The notes under the pieces were generated by a model. The model was not told the origin of the DNA, searched no databases, and saw only the letters and a list, made by a program, of their open reading frames with translations. The translations under genes were made by a program, and so were the position numbers. Positions 56,569 to 64,000 of a stretch of DNA of 64,000 nt are shown one piece after another. Origin of the DNA: Fimbriimonadales bacterium (GTDB lineage Bacteria; Armatimonadota; Fimbriimonadia; Fimbriimonadales; ATM1). The stretch spans positions 723,599 to 787,598 of the forward strand of contig JAXLTG010000001.1 of assembly GCA_046330175.1 (NCBI GenBank), read 5' to 3'. Each line of letters opens with the position of its first letter. The first letter of the stretch is position 1.

Positions 56569-56572
56569 GCCG

Positions 56573-57403
56573 CTACTCCTTCCGTCGAACCAGCAGGCCC
56601 GCCTTGGCGGGGTTCTTTACGCGAGTCTCGGAGAACTCAACTCGCAAATTCGTTGCCTTGGCGATTGGCTTTAGTGGGACCACAACTTTTCGGACACTGT
56701 TCGGATAGTAAACCGTTAGGTCGCGAACGAGGCCAACTTGCTCCCTTCGTTTTTCGTTTGACTCGACATACACAGCGAGGTCACCGCGAATGGAGCGCTC
56801 GCCTGTTCGGCATAACTCCACATGAAGCTGGTTGCCGATGACCGAGCCATTTGCCAAGGTTGCTGACGCTGTCGGATTGCCGGCGCGGAACAGCACGGGG
56901 ATAGAAATTGCCGGCACAACCCTAAACCGGATTGAAATGCGTGAGGGATCAGGGTCAGTTGATTCGACTCCCGATGGCACGACTGCCACCTGCAGGTGTG
57001 TGCGGTATTCGCCCGCCTGCAATTTATTGGGGCCAACGGCGACTCGAATCTTCTGTGCGCCGTGAGCGCCAACTGTCACTTGTTGAGGAGCAAACTTCAG
57101 GAGCGGCTTCAGCGATCGCTCCGACGTTGTTCCAACCGGCAGTCTGGCAAGCTTTCCACTCTCATCCATCTGCATTTCGATGAGAGTAACTTTGTAGGAG
57201 ACCGGTTTATCCGAAGGATTAACAAGCAAGACTTCGCCGGATCGAGATGAATCGTCCAGCATAATCCTGCGCGATGACAGAAGAATGGTTTGTTGCGGTC
57301 CGTTCCTGGGTGAGGCGAACAGAATCGCTGCCGCGCCTATCGCGAAGAGCATCGCGCAGCGCAACATCGGCAAGAATCGGAAAGTCACTGGGGGAAATGA
57401 CAT
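56573..57403 (-). CDS. Periplasmic pilus chaperone (PapD/CsuC-like).
   Basis: Signal peptide, then GEVLLVNPSDKPVSYKVTLIEM and later beta-strand pattern typical of the Ig-like chaperone N-domain. Five nt from the usher start. Confidence 0.55.
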   Translation of the reverse strand: MSFPPVTFRFLPMLRCAMLFAIGAAAILFASPRNGPQQTILLSSRRIMLDDSSRSGEVLLVNPSDKPVSYKVTLIEMQMDESGKLARLPVGTTSERSLKPLLKFAPQQVTVGAHGAQKIRVAVGPNKLQAGEYRTHLQVAVVPSGVESTDPDPSRISIRFRVVPAISIPVLFRAGNPTASATLANGSVIGNQLHVELCRTGERSIRGDLAVYVESNEKRREQVGLVRDLTVYYPNSVRKVVVPLKPIAKATNLRVEFSETRVKNPAKAGLLVRRKE

Positions 57404-57427
57404 TCGACATCCTCCGTAGAGGTGAAA

Positions 57428-57946
57428 TTAGTCGTAGTCCGCAGTCACCGTCACGACGGAGGTATGCAAACCGAGCGTCGCGTTTGCAGCGACTCGAATA
57501 ATTCCACCAAGGTTCAGATCGAGATCTCCGGATCCGTCCAGTGTTCCAGTGCCGCTTGCGCTCGTCCCATTGATATGAGATGCGAGAACGGTGACACCGG
57601 TGCCGTCGAAGGCTCCGATCGAAACGCTGAACGAAACGTTAGCGTTCGCGTCGCCTGCGAGCGCCCACAAACCTGCGGCGCCGTTGTCCCACGAATATCC
57701 AGGAAACGTTGTGCTTGTCGAAGCGGTTAGCGTCACCGCTCCCGTCGCATAGTTCAGAGTGTAGTCTGCAGTGCCGTCACCAGGAGCCGCTACCGTGCCC
57801 CAGCTCATCGGTGTAGTTTCCGCGAGCGTCAGAGCGGCGGCGATCGTTACTGTTCCGCTGCCGTCATCGCTCAACTGAGCCGATGCCGAGCCCCAAATCC
57901 CCATGGCGAAAATTGCCGCGAGCGTAAGTTTGATAATGTTGTTCAT
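57428..57946 (-). CDS. Spore-coat-protein-U (SCPU) domain pilin subunit (Csu-type).
   Basis: Signal peptide MNNIIKLTLAAIFAMGIWGSASA. Gly/Thr/Ser/Ala-rich beta protein of about 170 aa. Ends ...VTVTADYD, characteristic of the SCPU family. Confidence 0.65.
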   Translation of the reverse strand: MNNIIKLTLAAIFAMGIWGSASAQLSDDGSGTVTIAAALTLAETTPMSWGTVAAPGDGTADYTLNYATGAVTLTASTSTTFPGYSWDNGAAGLWALAGDANANVSFSVSIGAFDGTGVTVLASHINGTSASGTGTLDGSGDLDLNLGGIIRVAANATLGLHTSVVTVTADYD

Positions 57947-58301
57947 GTTTTCACCCAACTTTTGTCGAGCATTCATGCTAAGCGTCGCGGCCCATGCTGC
58001 TCAATCGGAATTATCGGTCCCGCACCCAGTCATCCTTACACTTCCGGCGCTCGCACCCGTTTGTTCCGGGTAACAGCCTCATAATCCTCCAGGCAAGTAT
58101 CCTGTACAAACTCGTTCATTGAGCTCAAACTCGAGCTTGAGCCGCACCGGGAGTCAAAACCTGAGGATTTGTGTTAGGTTTTCGATCTCTCTGACTAGCC
58201 GATTCTCTGGAGGCGGGGACCGTATTCGAGAGACACGAATTGGCAGTGCAAGGGCGCCAGGTTGCCAGCTTAATGCGAACTAACAAATAGGAGAGCTAGA
58301 A

Positions 58302-58805
58302 ATGCAAACCATGTCCATAACCGAAACCATCATCTCTGAAGCAAAGGCGCACACCGAGCGCAACTGCGCTCAGTTCCTTCATACCTTTTCGTTTGTCCCA
58401 GATGACAAGCTTAGTTGGAGCCCGTCCGCTACCAGCAAGTCCGCGTTGCAAATCGCTGCCCATTTGGCCGTCAGCAATTTCGGCATCTCTAGCGTGATTC
58501 GCGGAGAGGGGTCGGGTGACATGCCGATGGAAGAGCTGATGAAACATATGGCTGAGCAAGAAGCGGCGCTAACGACGCGTGAGGCCGTGATCGCAGCCAT
58601 CAACGAATCAACGAAAGTGGTCATCGCTTCGCTCGACTCCATAAACGACAGCAACATTGATGCAATGCTTGCAAGCCCATTCGGCGAGTTTCCGGCGAAA
58701 TTCTGGATGTTTCTGCCCGGAAACCACATGATGGGTCACGCCTACCAAGTGGATTACATCCAGACCATATACGGCGACGTGGACTTTCATTTCGTAAGCA
58801 TGTAG
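58302..58805 (+). CDS. DinB/YfiT-like (DinB_2) metal-dependent hydrolase superfamily protein.
   Basis: His-containing helices AAHLAVSNFG and GNHMMGHAYQVDYI. Confidence 0.55.
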   Translation: MQTMSITETIISEAKAHTERNCAQFLHTFSFVPDDKLSWSPSATSKSALQIAAHLAVSNFGISSVIRGEGSGDMPMEELMKHMAEQEAALTTREAVIAAINESTKVVIASLDSINDSNIDAMLASPFGEFPAKFWMFLPGNHMMGHAYQVDYIQTIYGDVDFHFVSM

Positions 58806-58817
58806 CCTTGGGCTCGT

Positions 58818-58860
58818 TCCCTCCGTCCGGCCTGCTGGATGGAGGGAATGCTTTTTCTTT
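58818..58860 (+). terminator. Intrinsic terminator. Stem TTCCCTCC...GGAGGGAA is followed by TGCTTTTTCTTT.
   Basis: Read from the sequence 13 nt after the stop at 58805. Confidence 0.5.
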
Positions 58861-58885
58861 GCATAGAGAGTAATCTGCTTGCCGG

Positions 58886-60031
58886 ATGCTTGGGCTGGTG
58901 GTCGCCTTAGTCGCGCTCGACGAAATCGTCGTCAATGTTTCCAATCGCGCCGAATTGGCTGCTGCGCTCTCGTCCGCCAAGCCCGGACATACGATTCTGA
59001 TTGCCCCAGGTGAGTACCAGGGCAACTTGTGGGCCTCGAATTTACTTGGCACGAAGGATCGAAAAATCACGATTGCTGGCTCCGACAAATCAAACCCTCC
59101 AAGAATTAGGGGCGGCAGCACTGGAATCCAGCTATCACAAGTCAGTCACCTTGAAATCCGCGACCTCAGCATTAGCGGAATAAGCGCGAACGGAATCAAC
59201 ATTGACGATGGCGGGAGCATAACGAGCCCGTCCCACCACATCACACTTAAGCGCATCACCGTTGGTGACTTGCCCCAAGGAAACCATGACGGAATCAAAC
59301 TTTCCGGTGTTGATGATTTCGCAGTCGAAGAGTGCAAAGTCAGTCGTTGGGGAGGTTCTGGTATTGACATGGTTGGTTGCCACCGCGGCGCGATAAAGAG
59401 TTGCGAGTTCCGGGAAGGCGCCGACAGTGGAGTCCAGGCCAAGGGCGGATCAAGCGAAATTCGAATCGAATCCTGTTTGTTTGTAAACGGCGGACAGCGC
59501 GGAGTGAATATCGGCGGCAGCACAGGCGCGGCGTTCTTTCGCCCATCGCTGCAAACAATGGGAAACATGAGATACGAGGCCAAACAGATTAGCGTCAACG
59601 GTTGTATGTTTGTTGGCGGCGGCGCGGCAGTCGCATTCGTCGGAGTTGACGGTGCCGATGTTTCGTTCAACACGATGGTCAATCCTTCGCGCTGGGTCAT
59701 GCGGATCCTGCAGGAAACAACCGATCGCGACTTTGTGCCTTGCCAGTACGGACAATTCACTGACAACTTAGTCGTGTTCACATCGAGCAACTGGTCAGCA
59801 GGCGGGGTGAACGTCGGCCCGAACACCCGTCCGACTACGTTTCGATTCGCACGCAACTTCTGGTTTTGTGCAGACAGTCCCGACGTAAGTCGCCCAACGC
59901 TGCCGATGCCTGAGCAGGATGGAGTGTATGGAGTTAACCCTCAGATCTCTATGGGGACCGATAACCGAGTCGAAGTGCTCGCCTCGAGCTCAGCGAAGCA
60001 AGTCGGCGCCCATGCGTGGAAACGGTCTTAG
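58886..60031 (+). CDS. Right-handed parallel beta-helix repeat protein (pectate-lyase-like fold).
   Basis: Periodic G.N/D..I....G repeats (NGINIDDGGSIT, GNHDGIKLSGVDDFAVEEC, GGSGIDMVGCHRGAIKSC, GVNIGGSTGAAFF). N-terminal hydrophobic signal. Confidence 0.6.
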   Translation: MLGLVVALVALDEIVVNVSNRAELAAALSSAKPGHTILIAPGEYQGNLWASNLLGTKDRKITIAGSDKSNPPRIRGGSTGIQLSQVSHLEIRDLSISGISANGINIDDGGSITSPSHHITLKRITVGDLPQGNHDGIKLSGVDDFAVEECKVSRWGGSGIDMVGCHRGAIKSCEFREGADSGVQAKGGSSEIRIESCLFVNGGQRGVNIGGSTGAAFFRPSLQTMGNMRYEAKQISVNGCMFVGGGAAVAFVGVDGADVSFNTMVNPSRWVMRILQETTDRDFVPCQYGQFTDNLVVFTSSNWSAGGVNVGPNTRPTTFRFARNFWFCADSPDVSRPTLPMPEQDGVYGVNPQISMGTDNRVEVLASSSAKQVGAHAWKRS

Positions 60032-60080
60032 TCAGAGAAAATCCGCAACCTGAAAAAGCGCATACGGGTAAACAGGCTTA

Positions 60081-60962
60081 ATGCAAGCGTTACTTGTGGC
60101 ATTGTCTCTCGCAGCGGGCCAAAGCCCGAACACGCCTCCAGTCACAGACGCCTATTTCGACTCAGACGGAGTGAAGATTCACTACGTGACCGCTGGCGAA
60201 GGTGAGCCGGTTCTGCTCGTCCACGGTTGGATAAGCGATGCGACCATGTGGGGCAGCGATGCATCGGGCAACGCAAAACCGCGTCCGCCAGAAGGCTTCC
60301 AACTGATTGCGCTTGACTGCCGTGGGCACGGCAAAAGCGATAAGCCTCACGACGCAGCAAAGTACGGAGTCGAACTCGCGAACGACGTTGTGCGTCTGCT
60401 CGATCATCTCAAAATACGCAAAGCGCATCTTGTAGGCTATTCGATGGGCACATTCATTGTCGCCAAAGTTGCGGCGATGCATCCCGAACGCGTTCGATCG
60501 CTGGTGTTCGCTGGCCAATCGCCACTCATTGTTGGCGAGCCGTCTGCCGGCCCGAATGAAATAGATGTTCTCGCGAAAGCGGTCGAAGAAGGGAAGGGTT
60601 TGGGTGCGTACATCATGCACATCTGGCCGCCGGAGCGTGGCAAGCTAACAACGGAGCAGGCCGAGGCGTATGCAAAGCTGATGTTCAACGGCAAAGACCC
60701 AACAGCGTTGGCGCTCGCGGGACAAAGTTTTCCGAAACTCGGAGTCACCGCGGACCAGCTCAAAAACGTCAAAGTTCCGATGCTGTTTGTTTATGGGTCA
60801 AAAGAGGGCGACCGCTTGAAGCAGCGCGTTTCCGATCTCAGAAAACTGCTTGGAGAGACGGAGTTGAAAGTTGTCGAAGGCGCGGACCACACAACCACGT
60901 TGACCAAACCAGAATTTTCAACCACTCTCGTCGCCTTTTTACGCTCGCAGAAGGCGAAATAA
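60081..60962 (+). CDS. Alpha/beta-hydrolase fold protein.
   Basis: HGW oxyanion region VLLVHGWISD. Nucleophile elbow GYSMGTF. Confidence 0.8.
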   Translation: MQALLVALSLAAGQSPNTPPVTDAYFDSDGVKIHYVTAGEGEPVLLVHGWISDATMWGSDASGNAKPRPPEGFQLIALDCRGHGKSDKPHDAAKYGVELANDVVRLLDHLKIRKAHLVGYSMGTFIVAKVAAMHPERVRSLVFAGQSPLIVGEPSAGPNEIDVLAKAVEEGKGLGAYIMHIWPPERGKLTTEQAEAYAKLMFNGKDPTALALAGQSFPKLGVTADQLKNVKVPMLFVYGSKEGDRLKQRVSDLRKLLGETELKVVEGADHTTTLTKPEFSTTLVAFLRSQKAK

Positions 60963-61159
60963 TCACGATCGGGTTCTCTCCACTGTCGGCGCGGGGGAGA
61001 ACTAAAGAGTGGGGGTGGACTGTAGCACTCGCGGACAAACCCTCCGGGCCTGTCCGCGCCAACCATCCAAGTTGGTATCCGAATAACAGTAGGCAAGGGC
61101 GGTGGGTCTTGCGCATAATGCGTTCGGGCTACGGCTCGCCGAAGCTCGGGAGGTAACCC

Positions 61160-61696
61160 ATGTCGAGAATTTTTGGGTTGAGTTTGATGCTTGCACTGCC
61201 TTGTGCCAACGCGTTCGCGGGACTGTTTACGATTGGCGATGCTGTGGACACTCCGAAGCAATTCCGCGTGATCTATGGCTGGTCGCCGGAAGAGGATGAC
61301 AACCTCGACCTTAATTGGGCGAACTGGAGGGCTAGGGTGACGATTCGATGGAACGAACCGAGCGGTGAATGGGTGGGCTTTTGGGAAGCAAAACATCTCG
61401 TGACCGCGGACGACTTCGATCAGGGCGCGGGCGATGTCGCGCATATGAGCTTCGCTTTCAAGGGCACGGATTTCGGTCTTGTTGTGGATCAAGAACTGCG
61501 AGTGAGGCACAGCGCGCTGCCCACCGATCATAGCGATCTATACAAATTCAAATTCATTCGTGCGAGGCCGGACCTTGACACTCGGATTACGCTAACAGGC
61601 GAGCACCAAGACGTTGTCCCAGAACCGTCAACGATGGTTGCACTGGGTTCTGGAGTTCTACTTTTGCTCCGGCGACGAAAGAAGGGTTGCGCCTGA
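61160..61696 (+). CDS. PEP-CTERM sorting-domain protein.
   Basis: C-terminus VPEPSTMVALGSGVLLLLRRRKKGCA (PEP motif, TM helix, Arg cluster). N-terminal signal peptide. Confidence 0.8.
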   Translation: MSRIFGLSLMLALPCANAFAGLFTIGDAVDTPKQFRVIYGWSPEEDDNLDLNWANWRARVTIRWNEPSGEWVGFWEAKHLVTADDFDQGAGDVAHMSFAFKGTDFGLVVDQELRVRHSALPTDHSDLYKFKFIRARPDLDTRITLTGEHQDVVPEPSTMVALGSGVLLLLRRRKKGCA

Positions 61697-61754
61697 AGCT
61701 GACTGCGCTCAGGGTACGCGGCGGTTTGCGCAAACTTTGACGTGAGTGGTGTGG

Positions 61755-62144
61755 TTATCCTCCGCCGGGTTTGAAAACGTCCGGGATGCTCTGCGCCATG
61801 CCAACCAGTATCGTCATCGTTATCGCGCCAAGAAAATAATCGCCAATCCCTTTGAAATCATTGGGCAAAAACGGCGTAAGGACTAATAGCGTCAGCATGT
61901 TCGCCGCAAGCAGGATTATGACCGAGAGGATAAGATGCGGACGAAGGTTGAGTTTTTGGTGTGCGAACACCATCAGCCCGAAAAGAAGTGATACATTGAG
62001 CAGTCCGATGGCGCCCGCAATTACGATTGCCCAAAACAGGTGCGGCTTTATCCAATCGCCAAACTGTATGAGCAGAAAGAACGCAGCTGAGACCCAGAAC
62101 CACCTTCTGGCTATTGCCGAACCAATACTTTGTTCTTCTCCCAT
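61755..62144 (-). CDS. Hypothetical small membrane protein.
   Basis: ORF of 129 aa with four hydrophobic helices. Confidence 0.4.
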   Translation of the reverse strand: MGEEQSIGSAIARRWFWVSAAFFLLIQFGDWIKPHLFWAIVIAGAIGLLNVSLLFGLMVFAHQKLNLRPHLILSVIILLAANMLTLLVLTPFLPNDFKGIGDYFLGAITMTILVGMAQSIPDVFKPGGG

Positions 62145-62196
62145 TTGCGTTCAATTTTAGAACATAGGGAGTTGGTTCGATGCGCGCGGCCGAATT

Positions 62197-62385
62197 TCAG
62201 GGCACGATTTCGACATTCTTCGCAAGCGTTTTGAAACGCTCACCATCGCGCTGGAGCACGGTGATCGTTTTGTGGCCCGTTTTGCTGATGTTCACATCTT
62301 GAACCGTGCCCGATTTCCCTTTGTGCGTTCCACCGATCACGCGGCACTTCGCACCGTTTACGACATTGTCCCTTGAGTTGCTCAT
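62197..62385 (-). CDS. Small KOW/Tudor-like domain protein (DUF2945-like).
   Basis: About 62 aa, GAKCRVIGGTHKGKSGTVQDV. Assigned by pattern only. Confidence 0.3.
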   Translation of the reverse strand: MSNSRDNVVNGAKCRVIGGTHKGKSGTVQDVNISKTGHKTITVLQRDGERFKTLAKNVEIVP

Positions 62386-62498
62386 ATGATGCCGGGATTG
62401 TCGCACACTTGTGAGCCCCGATCAGCCCGTAAGGCTGCTGAATTCGACAGATTCCACATCGCTCTCAGCGCGACCAGCAGAAACATTGAAGTCGTCAC

Positions 62499-63158
62499 TC
62501 ATCTCCGGCGGCGGAGTAACACAGCCAGACCGGCGCCCAACGCGATAATCGTCGCCGGCTCTGGGACGGCTTGCGCGTCCATATGGAACGACCACGGAAC
62601 GCAGCCGGTCGAGTTTCCGACGGGATCGTAATGTCGTTCGGCTCGAAGCCGATAATCGCCCGGCCCCCAAAAGTTGCTGTAACTTTGGATCTGGTTTCGA
62701 TTGACAAGCAGGATCCACGAGTTGCCGTTCCAAATATCAATCTCTGCCCAAGAGTTCGGGAGGTCAAACGCCGATGCAATAGAGATGAAATTTGTAGTAT
62801 CGAGATTAATTCCAAGGTAAAGCTGACTGAGCATGTGCGCGCTGTTGCCCGCACCAAAGTCAACCGAATCCCAACATGCAGTGAGCTCGACATCGAGAGT
62901 TGTTGGCGTGCAATTCCAACCGACGGTGGACCACGAGTGAGCTGAACTCGGCAAATCGCTCGCAAACGCATCAACGCGGTCGAAAAAGCTTTGCTGCGGT
63001 CCGACATTGTTATTGAACGAAAGCTGGCTGTCGTTCGATTGGCCAGAGTGCGCGTCGGCTTCCAACCGATATGCCGCATCCCAGATGCTCAATGTTTGCG
63101 CTGCCCCAAGCGTGGGTGCAGCGATTGCCAAGAGAATTGAAAAATGTCGAAGGTTCAT
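62499..63158 (-). CDS. PEP-CTERM sorting-domain protein.
   Basis: C-terminus AVPEPATIIALGAGLAVLLRRRR. N-terminal signal peptide MNLRHFSILLAIAAPTLGAAQ. Confidence 0.8.
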   Translation of the reverse strand: MNLRHFSILLAIAAPTLGAAQTLSIWDAAYRLEADAHSGQSNDSQLSFNNNVGPQQSFFDRVDAFASDLPSSAHSWSTVGWNCTPTTLDVELTACWDSVDFGAGNSAHMLSQLYLGINLDTTNFISIASAFDLPNSWAEIDIWNGNSWILLVNRNQIQSYSNFWGPGDYRLRAERHYDPVGNSTGCVPWSFHMDAQAVPEPATIIALGAGLAVLLRRRR

Positions 63159-63350
63159 CTCGATCTCCCTGTTATGGCTTCCAGTATTGCTCTGCCTCTG
63201 AGGGAAGTCATACTGCAGGCCGACGGAAGTTACCAGGATTCGGAGAAGAGTGGCGCGGTGGGCCCTGATGGCAGCCGGTCATTCATCCGGCCAAATTTCG
63301 GCTCGGCGATCTGTGCCAGACTCAACGGCAACGCGACCAGGAGGAAGAAG

Positions 63351-63803
63351 ATGAGCGCAGGGAAGAAGAGTGCCGCGAAGAAGGACGAATCGTTTTCAAA
63401 AGAGGAGCGCGCAGCGATGCGAGAGCGCGCGAAGGAGCTGAAAGCGGCAGCAAACAAGGCGGATAGCGAGAAAACTCTGCTCGCAAAAATTTCCGAAATG
63501 AAGCAGCCCGATCGCGGCCTCTGCACAAAGCTGCACGCCATCATCAAGGCGAACGCGCCAAACCTTGTTCCGAAGACTTGGTACGGTATGCCGGCTTACG
63601 CAAATGCCGATGGCAAAGTTGTGCTGTTCTTCCGCGATACTCAAAAGTTCAAAGAGAGATACATCACCCTGGGGTTCAACGAAGATGCCAACCTCGATGA
63701 TGGAACGATGTGGCCCATCGCCTATGCACTGCAAAAGCTGACCCCTGCGGATGAAAAGAAGATCGCTGCACTCGTAAAGCGCGCAGTTCGCACTACGCGT
63801 TAG
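63351..63803 (+). CDS. DUF1801 (YdhG-like) domain protein.
   Basis: TWYGMPAYANADGKVVLFF motif. ATG at 63351 preceded by AGGAGGAAGAAG. Confidence 0.55.
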   Translation: MSAGKKSAAKKDESFSKEERAAMRERAKELKAAANKADSEKTLLAKISEMKQPDRGLCTKLHAIIKANAPNLVPKTWYGMPAYANADGKVVLFFRDTQKFKERYITLGFNEDANLDDGTMWPIAYALQKLTPADEKKIAALVKRAVRTTR

Positions 63804-63810
63804 AGGTCCG

Positions 63811-64000
63811 TCCTATTCCGGAAAGAACGACGCACGCCGCGAGACCATTTCCTCCGCAACCAAAGATGACTCGCCACCCTTTCGTTGGAGCGCATCAATC
63901 GTGTGCTCAAAGTCTTCGCGGCTCCGGTTCTGGCTAAGTTTGAACACCGCCTCCACTGAGTTGAGCGTGATTTCGAACCCCTCAATCGCCGGGATCAGTG
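63811..64000 (-). CDS. 3' end of a CDS that continues beyond the window. Product unknown.
   Basis: Open minus-strand frame reading ...LIPAIEGFEITLNSVEAVFKLSQNRSREDFEHTIDALQRKGGESSLVAEEMVSRRASFFPE, stopping at TAG (63811-63813). Codon bias is consistent with neighbouring genes. Confidence 0.3.

Overview
This 64 kb window is a high-GC (about 59-60%) chromosomal segment that codes densely on both strands. It most likely comes from a diderm bacterium: there are chaperone-usher pilus genes, PEP-CTERM sorting signals, and C-terminal aromatic residues typical of beta-barrel outer-membrane proteins.

Most of it is ordinary core genome. Recognisable genes include thrS, transketolase, folC, an AroF-type DAHP synthase, a UbiD-family decarboxylase, an LL-DAP aminotransferase, thiolase, rmlC/rmlB, rseP, a tryptophanase/tyrosine phenol-lyase, an M19 dipeptidase, an M14 carboxypeptidase, flotillin, a TMEM175-like channel, a peptide ABC importer lacking its ATPases, tRNA-Ser(CGA) and tRNA-Gln(CUG).

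Four regions look accessory or unusual:

- Two about 80% identical flagellin paralogs (6062-7501 and 11707-13146, both minus) flank a 4.2 kb island (8.0-11.7 kb). The island is full of GC-rich hairpins and two short-repeat families, with a DUF559 endonuclease ORF bracketed by inverted repeats.
- A tightly coupled four-gene cassette at 47.0-52.0 kb encodes an ECF sigma factor, a zf-HC2 anti-sigma, a 0.9 kDa-class TPR-CHAT (caspase-like) protein and a secreted subtilase (S8). This is the most interesting candidate for an undescribed protease-controlled sigma-factor signalling system. It resembles the accessory module of type III-E CRISPR loci (TPR-CHAT / RpoE / Csx30-31) but has no Cas genes.
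- An archaic (SCPU / Csu-type) chaperone-usher pilus operon lies at 54.2-58.0 kb.
- Two PEP-CTERM proteins at 61-63 kb imply an exosortase system encoded elsewhere.

Several intrinsic terminators are readable directly, notably behind both flagellin genes. Many GTG/TTG starts are used. All functional calls rest on motif-level recognition by eye; no database search was possible.
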